From NCBI GenBank assembly GCA_030427085.1, contig JAUHXH010000006.1, positions 52,023-116,022 of the forward strand: a DNA stretch of 64,000 nt, given 5' to 3'. Source of the DNA: Gammaproteobacteria bacterium. GTDB taxonomy: Bacteria; Pseudomonadota; Gammaproteobacteria; Pseudomonadales; Halieaceae. Every line of letters begins with the position of its first letter. Positions within the stretch are counted from its first letter, which is position 1. The translations under genes and the position numbers were made by a program. This document shows positions 9,254 through 17,833 of the stretch, piece after piece. The notes beneath the pieces were generated by a model. It saw nothing but the letters and a program-made list of their open reading frames with translations. It had not been told where the DNA came from and did no database searches.

Positions 9254-10969
9254 TCAGGCAATCGCCGCTTCAGCCTGGGGCTGTGCTTCTTCATCACGCT
9301 GGTCCTGGGTCACGCGGAACACCTCTTCCAGCGAAGTTTGACCACTCACCACCTTGCGCAGGCCATCTTCAAACAAAGTGATCATGCCACCCTTGCGGGC
9401 CACACCGTGCAGCGTACGCGCATCGGAGCCGGCGAGAATGGCGCGGTGCATTTCGCCGTCCAGCACAAACAGTTCGTGAATACCGGTACGCCCGGCATAG
9501 CCGCTGTGGTTGCAATGATCGCAACCCGCCGCGCGGTAAATGGTGTTTTGCCCCTCGGGCAGGAAACGACCCAGGCCGTACTCTTCAATCAATGCTGGCG
9601 TCAGCTCCAGAGGCTCACGACAACTCTGGCACAGGGTACGCACCAGACGCTGGGCCAGCACGCCGTTTACGGCAGAAGTAATCAGGTAGCGCTCGATGCC
9701 CATATCCTCCAGACGGGTAATGGCACCGGCAGCAGTGTTGGTGTGCAGCGTGGACAACACAAGGTGGCCTGTGAGCGCGGATTGCACACCGGTCTGGGCG
9801 GTTTCGGTGTCACGCATCTCACCAATCATGATGATGTCCGGGTCCTGACGCAGGATGGAGCGCAGGGCGCGGGCGAAGTCGAGATCGATCTGCGCCTTCA
9901 CCTGAATCTGGTTTACGCCGTCCAACTGGTATTCCACCGGATCTTCAACGGTGATGATTTTCAGTGCTGAAGAGTCCATCGATGCCAGCGACGCGTAGAG
10001 CGTGGTGGTTTTACCAGAGCCCGTTGGGCCGGTCACCAGCAGCACACCGTGAGGGCGCGCCAGCAGCTCGCGGAAAGTGCCCAGCGTATCTTCACTGAAA
10101 CCCATGTCCGACAGGCTCAGGCGAATACTGTCGCGATCCAGTACCCGCATGACGATGCTCTCGCCATGTACCGTGGGAATGGTGGAAACACGCAGGTCGA
10201 GTTCGTGGCCTTTTACGCGCGTCATGATGCGCCCATCCTGGGGCAGCCGTTGTTCGGCAATATTCAGGTTCGCCATCAGCTTGATCCGCGAGGCGATCGC
10301 TGGAGCCAGATGGGCCGGCGGCGGATCTTCAATTTCGCGGATCACGCCGTCCACGCGGTAACGCACGTGCAGTCCGTCTTCGAAGGGTTCGATATGGATA
10401 TCAGAAGCGCCAAGGTCCATGGCGCGGTGAATCAACTGGTTCCCCAGACGAATGATGGGCGCTTCGCTGGCCAGATCCTTGAGGTGCTCGATGAACTCAT
10501 CGTCGCTGGCGAAGGCGCTGATGCCTTCTTCCTCTTCGGCTTCAGCCTCTTCTTCCTGGGTGTATTTCTGCAGAGCGGAGAGTACATCCCCTTCCAACGC
10601 CAGAGCCAATTGCACAGGTTTACCCAAAGCGAGACCCAGCGCTTTTTTGAGGTAGGGGTCCTGAGGAACAACGGCAGCGAAGGCAACGGCATCTGCGGAA
10701 ACTGAAACAGGCACCACGCTGTTGTTCAGCATAAATTCGAGCGACAAGCCGCCCAGCGTCAGTGGCTCTTCGGGAAACTCGGCAGCGGTAAGCAGCGCAA
10801 CGTCCAACTGGCGGGCAAGCACCTGCACCAAGTCGCTCTCCGACACCAGCCCGAGCTTTACCAACACTTGCCCAAACAGGCCGCCCATTTCCGACTGGGC
10901 CACCAGCGCCCGTTCCAGGTCTCGGGTGGTAATTTTGCCCTGCTCTACCAGCAGTTCACCAAGTTTCAT
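9254..10969 (-). CDS. gspE: Type II secretion ATPase GspE with an MshEN-type N-terminal domain
   Basis: It carries Walker A GPTGSGKTTT, Asp/His boxes and a tetracysteine CQSC..CDHC. The N-terminus holds two 24-aa motifs separated by 5 aa (see finding). Confidence 0.95.
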   Translation of the reverse strand: MKLGELLVEQGKITTRDLERALVAQSEMGGLFGQVLVKLGLVSESDLVQVLARQLDVALLTAAEFPEEPLTLGGLSLEFMLNNSVVPVSVSADAVAFAAVVPQDPYLKKALGLALGKPVQLALALEGDVLSALQKYTQEEEAEAEEEEGISAFASDDEFIEHLKDLASEAPIIRLGNQLIHRAMDLGASDIHIEPFEDGLHVRYRVDGVIREIEDPPPAHLAPAIASRIKLMANLNIAEQRLPQDGRIMTRVKGHELDLRVSTIPTVHGESIVMRVLDRDSIRLSLSDMGFSEDTLGTFRELLARPHGVLLVTGPTGSGKTTTLYASLASMDSSALKIITVEDPVEYQLDGVNQIQVKAQIDLDFARALRSILRQDPDIIMIGEMRDTETAQTGVQSALTGHLVLSTLHTNTAAGAITRLEDMGIERYLITSAVNGVLAQRLVRTLCQSCREPLELTPALIEEYGLGRFLPEGQNTIYRAAGCDHCNHSGYAGRTGIHELFVLDGEMHRAILAGSDARTLHGVARKGGMITLFEDGLRKVVSGQTSLEEVFRVTQDQRDEEAQPQAEAAIA

Positions 10970-11130
10970 GCTGTGTTCCGTCTACTAGCGAAAATGATCG
11001 CGTGGACGCGCCACGCGAACGTGGAGTCTAACACTTCCAGCGTTCAGAGAATGTACGATGTCTACGACAGACCGATAGTGGGCAAGTTCCGCCCCGGACG
11101 GGGCGGAATGGGAGAGATGCTACAAATACC

Positions 11131-12099
11131 TTAATTAGCAGACGTCTTGTCCGCTTTGGCTTTTCCGAGATCAACAGGTACCACGTACTCTTCGCGCAGT
11201 GATTCCAGGGCAGCTGCATCGATAGTGAAGTCAGCGGTGTTAGACCGCATCTGGATCATTTTATCTTGCCATATCTTGCTGCTCATGGCCGCTTGAGCTT
11301 CCAGAATCAACTCATTCTTTGCCTGATCAAAAGGCTTTTTCCCGGCCGGTTTACGACCTTCGTAGCGAATGATGTGGTAGCCAAATCGTGACTTCACCGG
11401 CTCGCTGATTTCACCGGCTTTGGTCATGCCAAAAGCCACTTCTTCAAAAGGCTTGACCATCTGCCCACGCGGGAAGAATCCGAGGTCACCCGCGTTGCGA
11501 CTGGCTGAACTGTCATCAGAGAATTCTTTGGCGAGTTCGCCGAAATCCTCACCTTTCGCCGCACGCTCACGAAGCTCCTTGGCCAGCGCTATGGCCTCTT
11601 CTTCAGTGCGCTCGTCCAGGCCGACAAGTATATGTGATGCGTGCACTTGCTCAGGCTCCTGGAAACGTTCGGGCTCTGCCTTGTAGGTCTCCATCGCCAG
11701 CGCGTCCCAATCAACACCTGCCATCTGTGATTCGACGTAACGGATACGGTACTGCGCTACATTGCGGCGATCGGACATCATTTGACGCGCCCAATCAGAT
11801 TGGGCGGTATCAAAATCTTCACGGGTCTTTGCTTCTGCGGCGACCGCACGAATAATGTACAGACTCTCCGCCATTTCCTTAAAGATACCAGGGCGTCGCA
11901 GAATGGCCGCGGCCTGTTCGGCGGGCAGGTTTTCTGCGATATAGCGCTCTATATCCTCTCGGGTAATCGAAAAGCCAGATTTAGAGCTGAGAATTTCGCT
12001 GTCAGGGTTTCCACTGATCTCCAGAACCTGAGCACTGGCGCCTACGCTTCCCAACCAGCAAAACGCTGCAGCTGAGATAAACTTTGTCATTCCCTTCAT
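11131..12099 (-). CDS. Periplasmic parvulin-type peptidyl-prolyl isomerase (SurA/PpiD-like)
   Basis: Signal peptide MKGMTKFISAAAFCWLGSVGASAQ. The parvulin domain reads HASHILV..GDLGFF..FGYHIIRY. ATG 12099 is preceded by AGAGGAAG. The longer track ORF to 12198 would run through a terminator. Confidence 0.85.
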   Translation of the reverse strand: MKGMTKFISAAAFCWLGSVGASAQVLEISGNPDSEILSSKSGFSITREDIERYIAENLPAEQAAAILRRPGIFKEMAESLYIIRAVAAEAKTREDFDTAQSDWARQMMSDRRNVAQYRIRYVESQMAGVDWDALAMETYKAEPERFQEPEQVHASHILVGLDERTEEEAIALAKELRERAAKGEDFGELAKEFSDDSSASRNAGDLGFFPRGQMVKPFEEVAFGMTKAGEISEPVKSRFGYHIIRYEGRKPAGKKPFDQAKNELILEAQAAMSSKIWQDKMIQMRSNTADFTIDAAALESLREEYVVPVDLGKAKADKTSAN

Positions 12100-12122
12100 C
12101 AACTTCCTCTTTCGTAACAAAC

Positions 12123-12154
12123 AAAAGACGCCAAACCGAGGTTTGGCGTCTTTT
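12123..12154 (-). terminator. Rho-independent terminator after the polyserine protein gene
   Basis: An 11-bp perfect stem, GACGCCAAACC/GGTTTGGCGTC, with a 2-nt loop. On the minus strand it is followed by TTTTGTTTGTT. Confidence 0.85.
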
Positions 12155-12210
12155 ATACTTCTTTTTACCACGCTTCCAGGCATCGCCGGGAAGCGCACTT
12201 GGCGACTATC

Positions 12211-12939
12211 TTACCAGCGAACGTCGAAGTAGAACTGGCAGTGGTAGCCAGAGCAAGAGTCCGAATGAACGTTCAAGTAGTACTTGGTATCCGGCGCCAT
12301 GCTGCAGTAGCCTGGAGAGCTATCTGCCATTTCCGCACGCAGTGATACTACGTTACTGCTCGCTTTCGTACAGGATGCCTCGGGCAACGCGTCGCCGCCG
12401 GGGCACGTTGAAATCCAGGCTGTACGAACAGTGTCGTAGGAACTGGAGTAGGTAGTCACAGAGAACCTCGGGCGAACGGTGGTGCTATTCGGGCTCTGGA
12501 ATGGCATGGACACAATACCGTTGTTAGTACCACGGAGGAGAATTTGGCCACGTTTGTTCATATCGATCGCTCCACCAACATCTACCCCGGAAGGAGTGGA
12601 TGGGCAGTTTGCATCGGGATCCGGAGTAGGATCAGTTCCGCTGGAAGAACTGCTGGAGGTAGTGCCCGAACTGGAGCTGCTACTAGAACTGGAAGTCGTA
12701 CCCGAGCTTGAGCTACTACTTGAACTGGAAGTTGTGCCCGAGCTCGAACTGGAACTACTCGTGCTACCGCCACCGGTAACTGTAACACCGGTACCTTCCG
12801 AAATAGTGATATCACCATTCGTGTCGATGGTGACAGAAGTCGCATCAAAGGAAGCGCCGTTTATTGTAACTGTCAGTGCGAGGGTGGTCAGCGGAGCTGC
12901 AACAGCCGCTACACCCAATGCAATCAGTGATTTACGCAT
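12211..12939 (-). CDS. Secreted protein: small N-domain, polyserine linker and a Cys-containing C-terminal domain of unknown function
   Basis: Signal peptide MRKSLIALGVAAVAAPLTTLA. The linker is (S7-9 GTT)x3-4. The C-terminal roughly 135 aa contain 6 Cys. The gene has its own AT-rich upstream region and terminator. Confidence 0.8.
   Translation of the reverse strand: MRKSLIALGVAAVAAPLTTLALTVTINGASFDATSVTIDTNGDITISEGTGVTVTGGGSTSSSSSSSGTTSSSSSSSSSGTTSSSSSSSSSGTTSSSSSSGTDPTPDPDANCPSTPSGVDVGGAIDMNKRGQILLRGTNNGIVSMPFQSPNSTTVRPRFSVTTYSSSYDTVRTAWISTCPGGDALPEASCTKASSNVVSLRAEMADSSPGYCSMAPDTKYYLNVHSDSCSGYHCQFYFDVRW
12634..12765 (-). repeat. In-frame tandem repeat encoding a polyserine linker (SSSSSSSSSGTT units, about 36 nt)
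   Basis: On the plus strand the units read repeatedly as gaactgga(a/g)(c/g)t(a/g/c)...gtgcccga(g/a)ct. The translation is STSSSSSSSGTTSSSSSSSSSGTTSSSSSSSSSGTTSSSSSSGT. Confidence 0.85.
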
Positions 12940-13210
12940 TTTTCATCTCCCGGAAATGGTCAGAGCGAGATATAACCGTAGTGTATATTGCTTTTCTTTA
13001 AAAGCATTATGTAAGAAAAAAGCACTTTCGCTTGCCGGCATCCCCACACACAGTCAGAGCAATCGCGCTTAATTCACGAATTCCAGTGCATTTTACACAG
13101 GGAACCGAGGTGTGGGAACAGCTTCAGGAGTGAAAAATTGACCATTTTTTGTACAGATTCATGAGAGAAAAAGACTGACACACCTGGCTGGGGAAAACAC
13201 AAATTCAGAG

Positions 13211-13240
13211 CAAAAAAAAGCGCGGCCGGAGCCGCGCTTT
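13211..13240 (-). terminator. Rho-independent terminator after the 478-aa secreted protein gene
   Basis: A 9-bp stem, AAGCGCGGC/GCCGCGCTT, with loop CGGA. An A8 run on the plus strand gives a U8 tract on the minus strand. Confidence 0.85.
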
Positions 13241-13258
13241 TCGTACAACAGCGAGTGA

Positions 13259-14692
13259 TTAGCTGCCAATTACTTTTGTGGTTTTGTGAGTCACAGAACC
13301 AGCGTAGTTGGACAGAACACCACCCAGGTCGCCGTTCACGTACTTCTGTACAGCGAAGCCGATTACGGGCAGACCGTTCAGTACGTCAGGACCGCCAGCG
13401 TCGAGCTTACGGGCAGTACCGTTACCAACAACGGCGGGGATAGAACCACCGAATACTGACTCGTTCATGGACAGGGAAGCCCAGCCATTCTCGAAGTCCA
13501 GCGGGATGCTGGTGATAGTACGGTCGCTAGCTTTCAGTACGTTGCTCTCGTTGAAAGAGATAACGTTAGCTTCGGCACACAGTACGTTCGGCGCAGGACC
13601 AGGACGCGGCGGAGAGTAGTCCAGCGGATCTACACCTTCACGGCCTTCTTCACGGTCGTAGTAAGTGATCTGTACAACTTCACAAGCGGGAGCCGGAGTT
13701 GCAGCAGCACCTTCCCAGATGTCGGTGAAGGGAGCCAGCGGATCGGGGCCAGCGTTTACGTAAGAGCGCTTGGTCGGGAAGGTAACAACCCAGTCAGTGC
13801 CCGCCTGGATAGCTTCTTCCAGTACGTAGTCGTTAGCGATAGAGTCAGCCATCAGGACAGCAGACACAGCGTCGATCGCGTCAACAGCGCTACCAGTTAC
13901 AGGCGCAGCAACAGTTGCGTTGGTGTCGAAGAACGCCCAGTTCAGCTCACCGTCTTCCAGGCTAGGCTGAGTGTTGCCGGGCTGGAAGTGCAGAGGAATG
14001 GTAGAGAAGTGGTCGATGGCAGTCGCGTCGTAAGTTGCGTCAGTACCTTCAGCCACGTCGATCAGTACGCCGTAGCCGTACAGACCACCGCTGGGAGCCA
14101 GGATGGAGTCGTTAGCGTTCAGAGACCAGTTACCACCAGCCTGCCAAGCAGCTTCAACGGTGCCACAGCTAGCAGGAACGCCAGCTACGTGAGTAGCAGC
14201 AGTGCCCACAACGGCGCCGAAAGTGGTGGTCATGTCGATGTCGCCCATCTCGATGACTTCAACGTAACCTTCGCGAGTACGCGCCAGGCTGTTGTCGATG
14301 GTGTCGCCCAGGAAGGCAACGTTACGGAAAGGTACGGTGTCGCCCTGGCTCAGACCGTTAGGAACAGTACAGCTGGTGTCAGCAGTACGGATCACGGCGC
14401 CTTCACCAGCCGGATCGGCGGTGATAACAGCAGACCAGTGGTCTTCGGGGGACAGGTACAGGTTAAAGTCGAGTACTTCCACAGAGTTCATGGACTCGAG
14501 GATACGAACTTTAACGGCTTTAACTTGGTCAGTGGTGTTGACCAGGTTGATCAGGGTGTCCTGGCCGCCTTCTACAGTGTAGAAAGGGTACAGAAGCACC
14601 TGGCCGAGACCGGTGTCGGCAACGTTTACAGCTTGTGCGCTGTTTACGCCTGCCAGAGCCGCGGCTACTGCTACGGGAAGAATCTTCTTCAT
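13259..14692 (-). CDS. Secreted protein of unknown function (478 aa), candidate T2SS substrate
   Basis: ATG 14692 is preceded by AGGAG. The signal peptide is MKKILPVAVAAALAGVNSAQA|VNV. I recognise no catalytic motif. The 70-codon N-terminal extension in the ORF track lacks an RBS or signal peptide logic. Confidence 0.8.
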   Translation of the reverse strand: MKKILPVAVAAALAGVNSAQAVNVADTGLGQVLLYPFYTVEGGQDTLINLVNTTDQVKAVKVRILESMNSVEVLDFNLYLSPEDHWSAVITADPAGEGAVIRTADTSCTVPNGLSQGDTVPFRNVAFLGDTIDNSLARTREGYVEVIEMGDIDMTTTFGAVVGTAATHVAGVPASCGTVEAAWQAGGNWSLNANDSILAPSGGLYGYGVLIDVAEGTDATYDATAIDHFSTIPLHFQPGNTQPSLEDGELNWAFFDTNATVAAPVTGSAVDAIDAVSAVLMADSIANDYVLEEAIQAGTDWVVTFPTKRSYVNAGPDPLAPFTDIWEGAAATPAPACEVVQITYYDREEGREGVDPLDYSPPRPGPAPNVLCAEANVISFNESNVLKASDRTITSIPLDFENGWASLSMNESVFGGSIPAVVGNGTARKLDAGGPDVLNGLPVIGFAVQKYVNGDLGGVLSNYAGSVTHKTTKVIGS

Positions 14693-15061
14693 GTTTATTG
14701 CTCCTAGGTTTAACAATAAGTTTTTGCCACGGAAAGCGGGACAAAAGCTCGCGCAGTATACCCTAAGCCCGTGACCTGTCCACCCCAAGGTGGGCATTTC
14801 AACGGTTTTAGGGGCCACTGCCTGCCAATTCGTGGAAAATTCCCCTAATTGGCTTTGCTCAGCGCCACTTTCTGTAACCAAACTAGCTGGCCTGGGAGGC
14901 ATTGGTTATTAAAAACTTGAGCCACCCGCGCCAAACTATTGGTGATTATAAGAAAAAGGTTCTTGAGCGCAACCGGAATTAGGGCTCGAAACGTGTGTTT
15001 TTTGCGGTGAATAAAATGGGAATAAACTTTCGGCTGGGCCGTCCTCACCTATATGGAGCCG

Positions 15062-15487
15062 TCACTTAGTGGGGACGTATATCCACCACTGCCCTTCGCT
15101 TTTCACCCATCGATAGTCCAAAGAACGGCTGTTCTTCACCCCCATGTGCGGAATGTCGTACTCAACGACCATACGCACTGAGCAGAGATCTTCTACATTA
15201 CACTCTACCTTGCCCACTTTGGCGGAGGTCCAGCGACTGGCACCCGCAATACGCGCATGATAGTGGCCGGTGGTAGCAAACTTGCGGTAGGCGGGGGTTG
15301 TGTACTCAAAAGCAGCTTCAAGATTTTTTGCCATCAGCGCATTTGCCCAGGCCTGCGCCCGCTCGCTGACCTGCTCCGATGGGGAGACTGGCTCAGACTG
15401 GCCACCACAGGCACTCAGTACAGCGATCAGCAAACTCAACCCTGCCAGTCGGGAACCGCGCAATTTTGCTACATTCATTTTAGTCAT
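15062..15487 (-). CDS. Small lipoprotein (about 141 aa) downstream of gspD
   Basis: The lipobox LLIAVLSAC|GG is followed by a compact domain of about 110 aa. The start is ambiguous (15502, 15487 or 15478); 15487 has GGAG 9 nt upstream. Confidence 0.7.
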   Translation of the reverse strand: MTKMNVAKLRGSRLAGLSLLIAVLSACGGQSEPVSPSEQVSERAQAWANALMAKNLEAAFEYTTPAYRKFATTGHYHARIAGASRWTSAKVGKVECNVEDLCSVRMVVEYDIPHMGVKNSRSLDYRWVKSEGQWWIYVPTK

Positions 15488-15559
15488 TTCCAACTTCTCC
15501 ATACCTCGAGCCCGGGGTTCACGCCGCCAGACTCGTCCTATCACGATTCTGACAGCCTG

Positions 15560-17833
15560 TTAATCTGACGTTGACTCACCCAATGAGGGGTTCAACAGGG
15601 TCGATGTGCTCTCAGGGTCAATCAACTTCAGCTCTCGCATCCGCGACCGCATCTCCCGGGTCACAGCCCGCGCCTCTTCTTCATTGAACAGCACGCGCGG
15701 CGTAATGATCACCACCAACTCAGTCCGACGGCCATTGTTGGCCTTGGTCCCGAACAGCGCACCCAGCACCGGAATCTGGTGCAAACCGGGCAGGCCCTGA
15801 CTGGAATCCGTCACATTCTCTCGAATCAAACCACCCAGCACTACCGATTCGCCAGTGCGGACCGCTACACGACTGCTGATATTACGCTCAAGAAAGCGGC
15901 GCTGGCCGGTAGTGAGCTCGATTTCACCGATATCGGTCACTGACTGCTCTACGGTCATGGTCACCATACCGCCCGCATTGACGGACGGAGTAACCGACAA
16001 TTTCACACCCGTATCCCGGAATTCCACCGAGTTGGTGATGTTGCCGCCGCCAGTTACCGTCTGGGAGGAGCGTACCGGCACCTGGTCACCCACGTGGATC
16101 GCGGCAGTGTGGTTGTCCAGCACCATCACGGAAGGCGTGGAGATCACGTTGATCAGTGACTGTGTGGCAAGAGTGTTCAGCACGGCGCTGATCTCACCGC
16201 CGCCATTGGTCACAGTCCATGAGAAGCCGGGGATGCGCGGGCCAATTTCACTGTCGGTATTTACCAGTTGACCCACGGAATCGTAGCGAGTGCCCAAACC
16301 GGCCTTGAACGCCCACTCCAGACCATATTCCAGTTCGTCGGTTAGGCTCACTTCGAGGATGCTGGCCTCAATAATGACCTGGGTAGACACCACGTCGAGT
16401 CGCTCCAGTGCATCGCGGATTTTCCGGTAATCAGTCAGGTTGGCATATATAAGGAGGGCATTATTCTCTTCATCCGCAACAATGCGCACATCGTCAATGG
16501 AGTAATTGGCACTACCACCACCAACTTGCTGTGACCGCTGGAGGTTGCCGCTGATGTTGGACCCCACACCACTGCTGGTGGACCCACTGCGATTGGTATT
16601 GCTGGACAGACTGCTGCCACTACCGGTTACTCGCTCAGCTGTCAGCCCGGGCGACACACCGGCACCGGTGCGATTTTGCCGATTGGCACCACTGGTTTTG
16701 CCGGAGTAGATCTGGCTCAGCAGGTCAGCCAGTCGGATCGCAGAGCTATTCTGCACCGGGTACACGTACAGGCGCTCTTCAAAGTTGGCGTCAGGCTCGC
16801 GATCCAGTCGATCGATCCAGTGTTTCACGCGCTCCAGATAGTGCGCCCGCGGGGTGATGACGAGAATACTGTTCAGTTGCTCCAGCGGGATCACCCGGAT
16901 CAGCCCGGCCAGCGCGCCGTCATCTTTTTCACCCTTTTTTCCCGACGCAGTTTCCACGCCTCCAATCAGGGCATCCAGCGCGGGCTCTACTTCTTCCACG
17001 GTGCTGTGCACCAGCGGGAAGATACCGACCGACATGCCTTTCATGATGTCTATATCGAAGGTGTTGATCATCTCCAGCCAGCCGTCCATTTGCAGGCGGG
17101 TCCCGGCCAGCACCAGCAGATTGCGACGGTTGTCTACGCGCACAAAGGCGGTTTCGTCTGCCATGGGTTCCAGGATGGAGGCCATCTCGCTGGCACTGAT
17201 GTAAGACAGGGGGATGATGACGTTGCTAAATCCCGGGCCCTGGTCCTTGGGGCTGGAAAAGCTGGGGCGAAGGGAAGACATGTTGGGCGAGCCGCTAATA
17301 TAGAAGCGGTCGTTCTCGTCCCGCACCATCACGGCGCCGTTGGACTGGAGTAAAGATTCCAGCACCACCAACACTTCATCACGCTTTAGCAGGCTGCGAG
17401 TGCGCAGGGTGACTTCGCCCTGAATGGGGTGCTCGACGATATAGTCCAAACCAAGCAAATCACCCATTACAGCGTGAATCACTTCGGTCAACGGTGCCTG
17501 TTCAAAATTTAGAGCAACGTCGTCGCCAAACAGCAGCAACTCAGGCTTCTTCTCAGGCATTTTCACTACCTGATTGTTGCCTTTCAAAATCGTCGCCTGC
17601 GCGGGCGGCGTCTCATCCAGCGTCCGCTGCGCCAATTCTGCTGCGCTTGTCGCCGTGGCCTTCTGCGCGCTCTCCTCATTGTTGACGATACGGGCATTCT
17701 CCGGCGGGTCGATCCCGTCGCTGCCGCCTGCATTTAGCCCCAGGGTTTCACACCCTGCCAGACTCAGGCCCAGCAGCAAGGCCAGGCTCCATCGTGCCAA
17801 GTTCATGCTGTACACGTTCCCTTTATTCATCAC
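15560..17833 (-). CDS. gspD: Type II secretion secretin GspD with an N-terminal lipobox (liposecretin-like)
   Basis: The N0 domain (VALNFEQAPLTEVIHAV), the N1-N3 repeats and the secretin core (VISTPSVMVLDNHTA..VPVLGALFG) are present. The N-terminus reads LALLLGLSLAGC. The real start may be M10 at 17806. Confidence 0.95.
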   Translation of the reverse strand: MMNKGNVYSMNLARWSLALLLGLSLAGCETLGLNAGGSDGIDPPENARIVNNEESAQKATATSAAELAQRTLDETPPAQATILKGNNQVVKMPEKKPELLLFGDDVALNFEQAPLTEVIHAVMGDLLGLDYIVEHPIQGEVTLRTRSLLKRDEVLVVLESLLQSNGAVMVRDENDRFYISGSPNMSSLRPSFSSPKDQGPGFSNVIIPLSYISASEMASILEPMADETAFVRVDNRRNLLVLAGTRLQMDGWLEMINTFDIDIMKGMSVGIFPLVHSTVEEVEPALDALIGGVETASGKKGEKDDGALAGLIRVIPLEQLNSILVITPRAHYLERVKHWIDRLDREPDANFEERLYVYPVQNSSAIRLADLLSQIYSGKTSGANRQNRTGAGVSPGLTAERVTGSGSSLSSNTNRSGSTSSGVGSNISGNLQRSQQVGGGSANYSIDDVRIVADEENNALLIYANLTDYRKIRDALERLDVVSTQVIIEASILEVSLTDELEYGLEWAFKAGLGTRYDSVGQLVNTDSEIGPRIPGFSWTVTNGGGEISAVLNTLATQSLINVISTPSVMVLDNHTAAIHVGDQVPVRSSQTVTGGGNITNSVEFRDTGVKLSVTPSVNAGGMVTMTVEQSVTDIGEIELTTGQRRFLERNISSRVAVRTGESVVLGGLIRENVTDSSQGLPGLHQIPVLGALFGTKANNGRRTELVVIITPRVLFNEEEARAVTREMRSRMRELKLIDPESTSTLLNPSLGESTSD

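Noticed and set aside
12634-12765. The polyserine-encoding repeat as a phase-variable simple-sequence contingency locus
   Set aside because: The unit is about 36 nt and in frame, and the Ser codons are mixed (agc/agt/tcc/tcg-type). Slippage would change linker length, not switch the frame.
14693-14902. A 70-codon N-terminal extension of the 478-aa secreted protein, as given in the ORF track
   Set aside because: The internal ATG at 14692 has an AGGAG RBS and is followed immediately by a canonical signal peptide. The extension has neither.
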